Below, piece after piece: positions 56,423 to 64,000 of a stretch of 64,000 bases of DNA. Both the position numbers and the translations under genes were made by a program. Numbering within the stretch: position 1 is the stretch's first letter; the number at the start of each line of letters is the position of its first letter. Source of the stretch: Dehalococcoidia bacterium (GTDB lineage Bacteria > Chloroflexota > Dehalococcoidia > UBA6926); contig CAXXET010000006.1 in the NCBI GenBank assembly GCA_963666115.2, positions 480,001-544,000 of the forward strand, read 5' to 3'. The notes under the pieces were generated by a model. It saw only the letters and a list, made by a program, of their open reading frames with translations, was not told the origin of the DNA and ran no database searches.

Positions 56423-57160
56423 TTATTCTTCCTCAATCATCGCGCCTGTCTTGTATGCCCTCAACCAAATGCTAGAGCCTAAGGCTGCACCTAGAACTAC
56501 GGGCGGCAGCAAGAGCAGATTATCTTCAATACCCATATAGGCGAGTACGAAGAATGTTACTATCGCGGCGCCGATCGCCAGACCGACACAGCCTCCCACA
56601 ACCTTCTCGCGCCTTGAAATGAAGCGTGTCCTCCTAAACTCCCTCACGGTGTCAGATTGGCTCGTGCGCTGAGTCGCCGCTTTGAACTCATCCTGGGATA
56701 TGCGGCGCCGCGGGGCAGTCAAGCGTCTCTTGGGAACAAGACTTGAATATCGATCCCTGAACTCTTCGTCTGTTTGCAAGCCCTTCCGTTGGTTGCACTG
56801 ACCACAGATGACCTGGAGGTTCGACTTGTCGTTAGAACCGCCCCGGACAACCGGAACAATGTGGTCAATTTCGAGTGTGCGGGCTGTGCGACGGTGACCG
56901 CAATAGACACAAGTGTTGTTCTGTCGTCGCATCAGTTCTTGTTTGAGCCCCTTAGGCCAAGCCACTCGTTCGGTCGGTCGGATTCGGCGCTCATCAGTGC
57001 GGGTGCGGAGCATCACCCAGATCAATTGATCCGCTACCCATAGTGAAGCGATGACTATCCAGGCCATAACTACCTGGAGGATATTCTTAGCGCGTTGCTT
57101 TGCCGTGACCGTCTCCGATTCTGCCTCGGGCGCGGTGCGAATTTCAGGCTCGTTTGTCAT
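56423..57160 (-). CDS. HNH endonuclease with N- and C-terminal TM helices
   Basis: CVYCG...EIDHIVPVVRGGSN..SNLQVICGQCNQRKG; three hydrophobic segments; visibly lower GC. Confidence 0.82.
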   Translation of the reverse strand: MTNEPEIRTAPEAESETVTAKQRAKNILQVVMAWIVIASLWVADQLIWVMLRTRTDERRIRPTERVAWPKGLKQELMRRQNNTCVYCGHRRTARTLEIDHIVPVVRGGSNDKSNLQVICGQCNQRKGLQTDEEFRDRYSSLVPKRRLTAPRRRISQDEFKAATQRTSQSDTVREFRRTRFISRREKVVGGCVGLAIGAAIVTFFVLAYMGIEDNLLLLPPVVLGAALGSSIWLRAYKTGAMIEEE

Positions 57161-57199
57161 GGCGGTTTGGCCTTTCGAGTTGCCGTGAGAGATCACATC

Positions 57200-57538
57200 C
57201 TATCTCGCACCTGCTGGGACGGCAACATCAATGTCAACCATCACGACGGTTGTCGATATCGTTGCGGGCCCGTCGGAAAATGTTCGGCTCAGCTCTGTAG
57301 CGTTTTCGGCCAACGTGTTGCTGTGGAACGTAAGCGCGTCCTGAACGGACATTTGCGGCATGGGAACCGGTTCACCCTTCTCAGTGAGCTCTTCAATGTA
57401 TAGAGCAACGGCATCCCGCATGATCTGCCGGACCTCCGTCCACGTCGCAGCTGTGCCGACGCAGCCCGGCAGGTCAGGAGAATAGGCGCTGTAATTGTTC
57501 GGCGTCTGCTCGAATACAACGGCGTAAGCAAGTTTCAT
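57200..57538 (-). CDS. hicB: HicB family antitoxin
   Basis: YSAYSPDLPGCVGTA motif; ATGA overlap with hicA. Confidence 0.88.
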   Translation of the reverse strand: MKLAYAVVFEQTPNNYSAYSPDLPGCVGTAATWTEVRQIMRDAVALYIEELTEKGEPVPMPQMSVQDALTFHSNTLAENATELSRTFSDGPATISTTVVMVDIDVAVPAGAR

Positions 57539-57735
57539 CGTTCTCTCCCTCGCAGCCCCGCCTGTCGAAGAATACTCAACCACGTGCCCTGATCGATATC
57601 TTCACTAGGTTTGCCGGCTATCACGACGATTCCTTTCTTGGTTGCATGGTGAAAAATACGGTGACTGCCTCTCATGCGAACAAAATACCAGCCATCTGCC
57701 TCAACGATGCGAATCGCCTCCCGGATCTTTGGCAT
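57535..57735 (-). CDS. hicA: HicA family toxin
   Basis: DGWYFVRMRGSHRIFHH and GTWLSILRQAG motifs. Confidence 0.9.
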   Translation of the reverse strand: MPKIREAIRIVEADGWYFVRMRGSHRIFHHATKKGIVVIAGKPSEDIDQGTWLSILRQAGLRGRER

Positions 57736-57784
57736 ACCCTAACCATGCCACAACAGGACATAGGTAGTCGATCCAGACATTCCG

Positions 57785-58975
57785 CTACCTCGGCAGGCCC
57801 AGGCCGCGTTGGGCTATTATGTTGAGCTCTATCTCGCGGCCGCCGCCGGCGAAGCGGTTCATCCAGCTTAGGTAGGAGTTGACTTGCGGGTAGCCGTTCA
57901 TCGGGGCGCGTGGGTCGCCGACGTTGAATATGCCGGACTCCCGCAGCAGCCGGTTCAGCGCGCCAAACACGTTCGGCGTCATCTCGTCGTGGAAGAGCTT
58001 GGAGAACGCTGACTCCATCGCCGGAACCTCGCCCTTGCTCTGGATCCACGCGACCTGGTAGGAGATCATCCTGCCGAGTTCGATCAGCACCCGCGCGTCC
58101 GCCAGCACGTGCCGCGCAAGGGGATCGTCGGTGATGCGGGAGCCGTCTTTCATCGGCGTCTCGCGGGCGTAGTCCAGGAAATTCTCAAGGTCGCGGAGGC
58201 GGTATGACGGGGCCTCGACGTTGGATCGCTCGAAGGACATGTTCGTCATGGCGGCGTACCAGCCGCGGTTGAGTTCACCAACAAGGTTGCGTGATGGCAC
58301 TCGCGCGCCGTCGAGGAACACTTCGACCCAGCGCTGGCGGCCAAGCGCGTCGAACAGGGGGCGCAAGGTGATGCCGGGGTCGTGCATATCCACGACGAAG
58401 TAGGAGATGCCGCGGTGCTTGGGAGCCTGCGGGTCCGTGCGCACGAGGTAGTGGCCGATGTCCGCCATGTGGCCGCCGGTGTTCCATATCTTCTGGCCGG
58501 TGATGACCCAATCATCGCCGTCCTGCACGGCGCGTGTCTGGAGGCTGCCGAGGTCCGCGCCCGCGTTCGGCTCGCTGAACCCCTGGGAGAAGTTGATCAA
58601 CTCGCCGCTCGCGATCTTGCCGAGGATTTCCTCCTTCTGCCAGTCCTGCCCGTAGTACATGAGGGTGTGGGCGAAGAAGGTGGGGGTGGTGACGGGGGAG
58701 CCCCGATAGGCGGCCTCCTCGCGGTACGCTAGCACGCGGCTCAGCGGCGCGTTCTGCCCGCCGAACTCCTCCGGCCAGTGCATGGTGTACCAGCCCCGGT
58801 CGGCCAGCTTCCGCGTGTACTCGTGGATGCGGCGGTCATCCTCCACGTGGTGGACGTCATAGGAGTAGACAGAGTTGCTGAACGAGTCGATGCCGTGGGC
58901 GTCCCACTCGCTTTCGACGAACGACCGCACCTCCTCGCGCAGTTGCTGATCCTCGGCAGTGAATCTGAAGTCCAT
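57785..58975 (-). CDS. Acyl-CoA dehydrogenase family (FadE26/29-like subgroup)
   Basis: WPEEFGG, GFSEPNAGADL, ITGQKIW and NIIAQRGLGLPR motifs. Confidence 0.92.
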   Translation of the reverse strand: MDFRFTAEDQQLREEVRSFVESEWDAHGIDSFSNSVYSYDVHHVEDDRRIHEYTRKLADRGWYTMHWPEEFGGQNAPLSRVLAYREEAAYRGSPVTTPTFFAHTLMYYGQDWQKEEILGKIASGELINFSQGFSEPNAGADLGSLQTRAVQDGDDWVITGQKIWNTGGHMADIGHYLVRTDPQAPKHRGISYFVVDMHDPGITLRPLFDALGRQRWVEVFLDGARVPSRNLVGELNRGWYAAMTNMSFERSNVEAPSYRLRDLENFLDYARETPMKDGSRITDDPLARHVLADARVLIELGRMISYQVAWIQSKGEVPAMESAFSKLFHDEMTPNVFGALNRLLRESGIFNVGDPRAPMNGYPQVNSYLSWMNRFAGGGREIELNIIAQRGLGLPR

Positions 58976-59096
58976 GACCGCCTCCCCCGATGATTCCCCT
59001 ATCCGTCCGCCGCATTGTGCGCCGATGCGGGCGGGGGCGCAAGGCGGGAAGGCATGGGAGAGGCTTGTCCCCGTCTGCCCGCTGCGTCGAATACGT

Positions 59097-59882
59097 TCAG
59101 GTGTTCAGCGTGTCGCCCTGGGAGTCGATCCGGACGTCTATTTCTATGGGCAGCGCTTCAAGGGCAGGATTGTTGATCAGGGACGCGATGCACTCCGCCG
59201 TTCCGCCCACTAGCGTGGAGGTCATATCGATTTCCGTTGCGACACACCACGCGCGATCCTGCGGCCACCAGTAATTTGGGGATTCGACCATCGATGGTAT
59301 GATGTCCGGCCTGCTGGTGAAGAGCAGGTATTCGAGCGATCCGATTTCGACCGGGTCGGGGGTCCTGACCCATTGACGGGCATCGCGCTCTTTATCAACT
59401 TGCTGGGGCACAGGGTTTCCCACCGGTCTCAGATAGGCGAAGGCTGCGCCGTACCCATGCCAGGCGCCCTCCCAGATGCAGAAGTAGTATACGTCCGGCG
59501 TGCGGGTGAATCGGGTCAGAGCATTGACTAGAATGTCGATCAGCGGGGAATCGAGAGAGCCGTAGTCCGGCCCGCTGCCCCACTCAGGCTTGGCTGACGA
59601 GTTGTCAGGATGGCCGAGTATGGAGTGGAACTGCATGGCGGGGTGAACGGTTCGGCCTGTCCATGACGCGACCTGATCCCAGCGCACGTCCTCATTCTCT
59701 TGTCGCTCAGGGAAGTAGCGGGAGGCCGGGTGGAAGACGCGGGCGTAGGCTTCGAAGCCCTGCGGGATGACGTTGCCGACCAGGTAGCCCTTTTCCCGTT
59801 GGAGAGGCAGCAAGCCGTCTCGTATCCACAGGGCCTCCGCATGATCATCCAGCGGGGTGATTCGCTCTGTGTCCCACCACAT
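59097..59882 (-). CDS. Hypothetical protein
   Basis: 261-aa ORF with conserved-looking motifs PQGFEAYARVFHP, IWEG and PNYWWPQDRAWCVATEID. Confidence 0.75.
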   Translation of the reverse strand: MWWDTERITPLDDHAEALWIRDGLLPLQREKGYLVGNVIPQGFEAYARVFHPASRYFPERQENEDVRWDQVASWTGRTVHPAMQFHSILGHPDNSSAKPEWGSGPDYGSLDSPLIDILVNALTRFTRTPDVYYFCIWEGAWHGYGAAFAYLRPVGNPVPQQVDKERDARQWVRTPDPVEIGSLEYLLFTSRPDIIPSMVESPNYWWPQDRAWCVATEIDMTSTLVGGTAECIASLINNPALEALPIEIDVRIDSQGDTLNT

Positions 59883-59896
59883 GTTAGGGTTCTCCG

Positions 59897-60751
59897 CTAG
59901 CCATGACCGTCTCGGGTACTCACGCTCAGCGTATAGTTGCTCGTTCGGTTGCCTTTGCCGGTGACCACAATATAATACGCCTTGGAATCATGCGCAGTCC
60001 ATACATAATTGGAGATAGGTTCGGCTTGCAAATAGAGGTTGATGTAGTCTTCCGTCCACTCCCGTGCTTGGACAACGTCGACAAACAGGTTAGATGCATC
60101 GCCTTCCACTGCGAATTCGTATGTCCGCCCTTCGACTGCGTCGAAAGTGAACCAGTCCTGGTCGCCCGTGATTTCGATCGTTCCGTAAATTGACGAGTTG
60201 ACGGCAACGGGCGTGGCGCCTTCCAGGATATTCTGGTAGTCATCATCATAGATAGTTCCGGTAAGTGCGTAGTTGCCTTCAGACACGAATATCAGGCCCT
60301 GGCCGCTGAGACCGTCAATCTCGAGATAGTGGGTGCCCGTCACTTGGGCGGTCCACGGAAATCTGCAGAGCGGAAAGGAACAGTCTCTGTCATACCAGGG
60401 ACCTCGGGAAGGCACAGAGTTTCTCTCAGACAACGAAAACGAGAAATGGTCAGGAAACAAGAAATCGGTGCCTGGCACAGGTGATAAGTCAGGATCATAG
60501 ACCTTGACCGCTCTCTGGAACAGTGCGCTTGACGTGAGCACGAACATATAGCTTTGGTTGGCTTGGGCAGCAAAAGCGAACCAGTCTGAGTCATACTCGT
60601 CGTCACGGGGACGGTGAACGATTTGTCCCTTCACGCTGTCTCCCATGCCAAGCTGCGTTGCTGTCCCCGGGTCATCGCCATGGACATCGACCTTCGTACA
60701 GCCCACGGCAAGCAGCGCGAGAAGAAGTGTCGCCGACGCAGCCCACTTCAT
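59897..60751 (-). CDS. Lipoprotein with two pre-peptidase C-terminal (PPC)-like domains
   Basis: Lipobox LAVGC; repeated D.DWF.F.A motifs; visibly lower GC. Confidence 0.72.
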   Translation of the reverse strand: MKWAASATLLLALLAVGCTKVDVHGDDPGTATQLGMGDSVKGQIVHRPRDDEYDSDWFAFAAQANQSYMFVLTSSALFQRAVKVYDPDLSPVPGTDFLFPDHFSFSLSERNSVPSRGPWYDRDCSFPLCRFPWTAQVTGTHYLEIDGLSGQGLIFVSEGNYALTGTIYDDDYQNILEGATPVAVNSSIYGTIEITGDQDWFTFDAVEGRTYEFAVEGDASNLFVDVVQAREWTEDYINLYLQAEPISNYVWTAHDSKAYYIVVTGKGNRTSNYTLSVSTRDGHG

Positions 60752-60763
60752 GAGGTCAACTCT

Positions 60764-63175
60764 TCACACCAGCACGCCCGCCTTTGTTAGTTCCTCTGCT
60801 TCGGCGGTTTTGATGCCGAGGACTCGCTCCAGGATTTGGGTGGTGTGTTGGCCGGTTAGGGGGGCGGGGAGGCGGACCTGGCCGGGGGTTTCTGTTAGGC
60901 GGACGGTCATGCCCGGGTGTTGGAGTTTGCCCGGCCAGGGGTGGTCGATTTCCACGACGTAGCCGCGTGAGCGCAGGTGTGGATCGTGGTACAGGTCTTC
61001 ACCGGACGCGACGATTGCGGCCTTGACGCCGACTTTCTGGCAGGCCTGCATGATTTGCCCCGGCGTGCGGATTGATGTCCACTCACCGATGGCGGCGTCG
61101 AGTTCGTCGTGCAGTTCGTGGCGTGAGTCGTTTGTTGCCGTCTTGTCGCGGAGGTCAGCAGGCAGGGCGCCGCCCATCAGCCCGGCCAGCGCCTGCCACT
61201 CATCGTCTGTTTCGCAGGATATGGCCACCCACTTATCGACGCCTCTGCAGGCGTACACGCCCTGCGGCGCGGCGTGGGGGCTGCGGTTGCCGATGGGCTG
61301 CGGCGTCTCCCCGTTAATGGTGTGTTCGAGGATGGCCGTGCCCATCATCGCTGCGGCGGAGTCGATCTGGGTGAGTTCGATATGCTGGCCCTCGCCGGAA
61401 TTCTCGCGCTCATGCAGCGCGGCCATGACGGCCAGCGCGAGGTGTCCCGCCGTCACGTAGTCCGTGTACGCCTGCTTGGGTCGTTCGTTCACCTCGGAGT
61501 CCGCATGGCCCCAGAGCGTTGAGATGCCCGCGAACGCGCCGATGCACCCGCCGTAGGCAAAGTAGTCGCGAATCGGCCCCTCGTATCCGTAGCCGGGGGC
61601 GCTCAGCACGATGATGCGCGGGTTGACCTGCTTGAGGTCGTCGTACGCCATTCCCCAGCGGGGCAGGGTGGCGTAGTGAAAATTCTCCAGCACGATGTCG
61701 CTCTCCGCGACCAGCTTCCTGAAGATGTCCTTGCCCTCGTCCGAGTGGAGGTCAAGCGCGATTGAATACTTGTTGCGGTTGATTTCCGCGTACATGGTGT
61801 TGGAGCGGAGCCAGGCGTCATAATCGTCCTGTTCGAGGATGCGCCCCTCGGGGAACTTGGTGGACTCGATGCGAATGACCTCCGCGCCGAAATCGGCCAG
61901 GTAGCGCGCGCCGTACGGCCCGGCCCACGATTTCGTCAAATCGACGACGCGGATGCCTTCAAGCGGCAGCCTGGGCTCGTTGGCGGTTGCGGCGGGTGGC
62001 GCCACACGGCCGTTTTCATGGGGGCGGGCGGGGATGGCGGCCAGACCGTCGTTGTGCTGGCCGATGGTTGGGGCAGGGCCCTTGATCTCCCACGGCGTGC
62101 GGCTCAGCCGGAACGGCGCGCCCTGCGAGGCGTATGTTCCGATTACGGGGTCATTCATCTCTGTCATGACGTTGCGCGCGATGGTGTGGGGGTGGTTGAT
62201 GAGCCCGACGATGTCATTGACCGGCCCGGCGGGGATGCGGCGCGGGATGGAGCCTTCAAGGAATTCCTGCACGGTCATCGACCGCGTGAACTCGGACATG
62301 CGCTCATCAAGGAACTCCACGGCGTCGGCGCGCACGGCGGAGTCCAGGAACATTTCGTCCATGATCAGCGGGTCTTCAGTCCATTCCGCGAACGCTTTCC
62401 ACTGGTGCGGCAGGATGAGGGACATCAGAATCCAGCCGTCGGAGCAGGGGAAGTAGTTGGTGGGGCGTCCGCCGCTCAGCCCGCCGACGCGCTGGACGAT
62501 CTCGCCGTAGGAGCCGTAGTAGACCAGGTTGAAATACTCGTGCGCCACGACGTCCTGCAAGGAGACATCCACCTCTTGCCCGCGCCCGCCGTTCCGCGCA
62601 TGCCACCACGCGAGCAGGGTTCCGTATGCGGCGTGGAGCGCCGTCATCTGCACGGCCTGGTAGTGGGGCTGAGCGGCGGGGAGGCCGTCGCGTTTGCCCT
62701 CCATGAAGGTCATGCCGCCCGCCGCGCCGGCGGTGAAGTCGTTGCCCGCGAAGCCGGCGTGGACGCCTGCGCGGCCATACGGCGTGACGGTGGTGAGGAT
62801 GATGTTGGGATTGACGGCGGCCAGGGAGGTGTAGTCGAGGCCGCGCGACTCCAATTCCTGTTGATTAAAGGACGTCATCAGGACATCGGCGTTCGGCAGC
62901 AGCGAATCCCGGAGGACGGCCAGGCCCTCGTCCGTTTCGAGATCGAGGACGACGCTCCGCTTGCCGAGGTTGAACCGGAGGAAGTAGAGGCTGCGCGGCT
63001 CGGTGGTGGGGCGAGTTGGTTGTGGCGCGATGCGGCGTGACGGGCTACCGCCCGGCGGCTCGATAAGTGTCACGTCCGCGCCAAGATCAACAAGATGCCG
63101 CCCGACAGGCTCAATGAGTTCGCCCGCAATTTCCAACACGCGGAGTCCATTCAGCGGCGCAGTTTCCGTAGACAT
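60764..63175 (-). CDS. Class III CoA-transferase with two fused CaiB/BaiF domains
   Basis: Two copies of L.G.RV..DLGA/DFGA.V..IE and N..K.S..LD motifs. Confidence 0.92.
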   Translation of the reverse strand: MSTETAPLNGLRVLEIAGELIEPVGRHLVDLGADVTLIEPPGGSPSRRIAPQPTRPTTEPRSLYFLRFNLGKRSVVLDLETDEGLAVLRDSLLPNADVLMTSFNQQELESRGLDYTSLAAVNPNIILTTVTPYGRAGVHAGFAGNDFTAGAAGGMTFMEGKRDGLPAAQPHYQAVQMTALHAAYGTLLAWWHARNGGRGQEVDVSLQDVVAHEYFNLVYYGSYGEIVQRVGGLSGGRPTNYFPCSDGWILMSLILPHQWKAFAEWTEDPLIMDEMFLDSAVRADAVEFLDERMSEFTRSMTVQEFLEGSIPRRIPAGPVNDIVGLINHPHTIARNVMTEMNDPVIGTYASQGAPFRLSRTPWEIKGPAPTIGQHNDGLAAIPARPHENGRVAPPAATANEPRLPLEGIRVVDLTKSWAGPYGARYLADFGAEVIRIESTKFPEGRILEQDDYDAWLRSNTMYAEINRNKYSIALDLHSDEGKDIFRKLVAESDIVLENFHYATLPRWGMAYDDLKQVNPRIIVLSAPGYGYEGPIRDYFAYGGCIGAFAGISTLWGHADSEVNERPKQAYTDYVTAGHLALAVMAALHERENSGEGQHIELTQIDSAAAMMGTAILEHTINGETPQPIGNRSPHAAPQGVYACRGVDKWVAISCETDDEWQALAGLMGGALPADLRDKTATNDSRHELHDELDAAIGEWTSIRTPGQIMQACQKVGVKAAIVASGEDLYHDPHLRSRGYVVEIDHPWPGKLQHPGMTVRLTETPGQVRLPAPLTGQHTTQILERVLGIKTAEAEELTKAGVLV

Positions 63176-63231
63176 GGCCTATCCTCCAATCGCCGCTACT
63201 ATGCGCCCGTTGGTGTACGCCGCGCAAGCGG

Positions 63232-63259
63232 GTAGGGGCGGTTCGCGAACCGCCCCTAC
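63232..63259. repeat. GTAG-type REP (perfect 28-bp palindrome)
   Basis: GTAGGGGCGGTTCG|CGAACCGCCCCTAC. Confidence 0.85.
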
Positions 63260-63264
63260 AGGGG

Positions 63265-64000
63265 CTAGCTATCGTCCTCGATCATGGCGCCGGTCACCAC
63301 TTTGAACTCCGCTCGCAGTTCATTCAGGCTGCGCCGATTACTGCCCATGAGCTTGTCCAAGACGTCGTCGATGTCCCAGACTTCCAGCATCGATTGTCGT
63401 GTCATGTAGAACCCGATTTTGCGAATCTTGTGCTCGTCTGAATAGTCAAGCAACGCGTAACCAAGCAGTTGCCAGAGCCATTCAGTCTTGATCTGTAGTT
63501 GGATGGAAGTCTTGATGTCGATGAGGGCGCCATCGACTATCAAGTCGCCATCTGCCCCACTGACGTCCGTGGAGCCTTCAAATGTCGGATTGAGCACGTG
63601 GCGTCGGGAGAATAGCGCACCGTGTTCGCTATAGAAGGAGCGACTCAGCATGCGGAGATCATCAATGCACATGGGACTCGCGAGCTCCAGGAGTTGCTCC
63701 GTATTCGCAAAGCGCCTGTCGAGCGGAGTTCCCGGGCGGAGGCCAGACCGAGCCACCTCGTCAAGCAGTGCAAGCACATAGCAGTACCTCAAGAACTCCC
63801 TTTCCTGTTCGTCCTTGAGCTTTAAGCCGGAAACCGGTGTTCTTCGTAGGAAGGAATCAAAGTCCTGGAAGAAGCGCAGAAACTCCTCGGAGATGCTCTG
63901 CTCATAATCGATATCCCTGCGCCCTGTCTCCGAATCAACGTCAACATGGATGTGTCCTTGGAGATTCAACGCTCCTTGGGCGGCGACCAATTCGTGCCAC
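63265..64000 (-). CDS. PD-(D/E)xK nuclease-like protein, 5' end probably outside window
   Basis: ADGDLIVDGALIDIKT...WQLLGYALL (D..D.K and QxxxY); visibly lower GC. Confidence 0.65.
   Translation of the reverse strand, partial: WHELVAAQGALNLQGHIHVDVDSETGRRDIDYEQSISEEFLRFFQDFDSFLRRTPVSGLKLKDEQEREFLRYCYVLALLDEVARSGLRPGTPLDRRFANTEQLLELASPMCIDDLRMLSRSFYSEHGALFSRRHVLNPTFEGSTDVSGADGDLIVDGALIDIKTSIQLQIKTEWLWQLLGYALLDYSDEHKIRKIGFYMTRQSMLEVWDIDDVLDKLMGSNRRSLNELRAEFKVVTGAMIEDDS

Overview
GC-rich bacterial chromosomal window. The gene set and protein styles suggest a Chloroflexota/Dehalococcoidia (SAR202-like) organism, possibly host-associated; this is inference only. Core genes include tRNA-Ser/Asn/Phe/Gly, tmRNA+smpB, rnhB, mnmA, rsfS, ndk, tsaE/tsaB, nrdR+nrdJ, pepA, plsY, proC, fur/zur with a metal ABC transporter, and fpg/nei. 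Larger modules are: (i) a five-gene RibA-RibD fusion / MDR dehydrogenase / atypical PTPS / GT4 / methyltransferase operon of unknown product; (ii) an assimilatory sulfate reduction plus siroheme operon (cysH-cysC-sat-sir-hemD-sirC-cobA/hemD-hemC) whose leader holds an unannotated Cys/Met leader peptide, an antiterminator and a terminator, the best candidate for an undescribed regulatory system here; (iii) three tandem Pro/Thr-stalk surface proteins sharing a C-terminal anchor motif and a 5'-UTR motif; (iv) an acyl-CoA hydratase/aldolase-type catabolic cluster interrupted by accessory genes (HicAB plus a membrane-anchored HNH nuclease, and a lipoprotein). Four families of REP-like palindromes occur, and one pair directly brackets a PaREP1/HEPN-like gene. 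No integrase, transposase or CRISPR array was seen.
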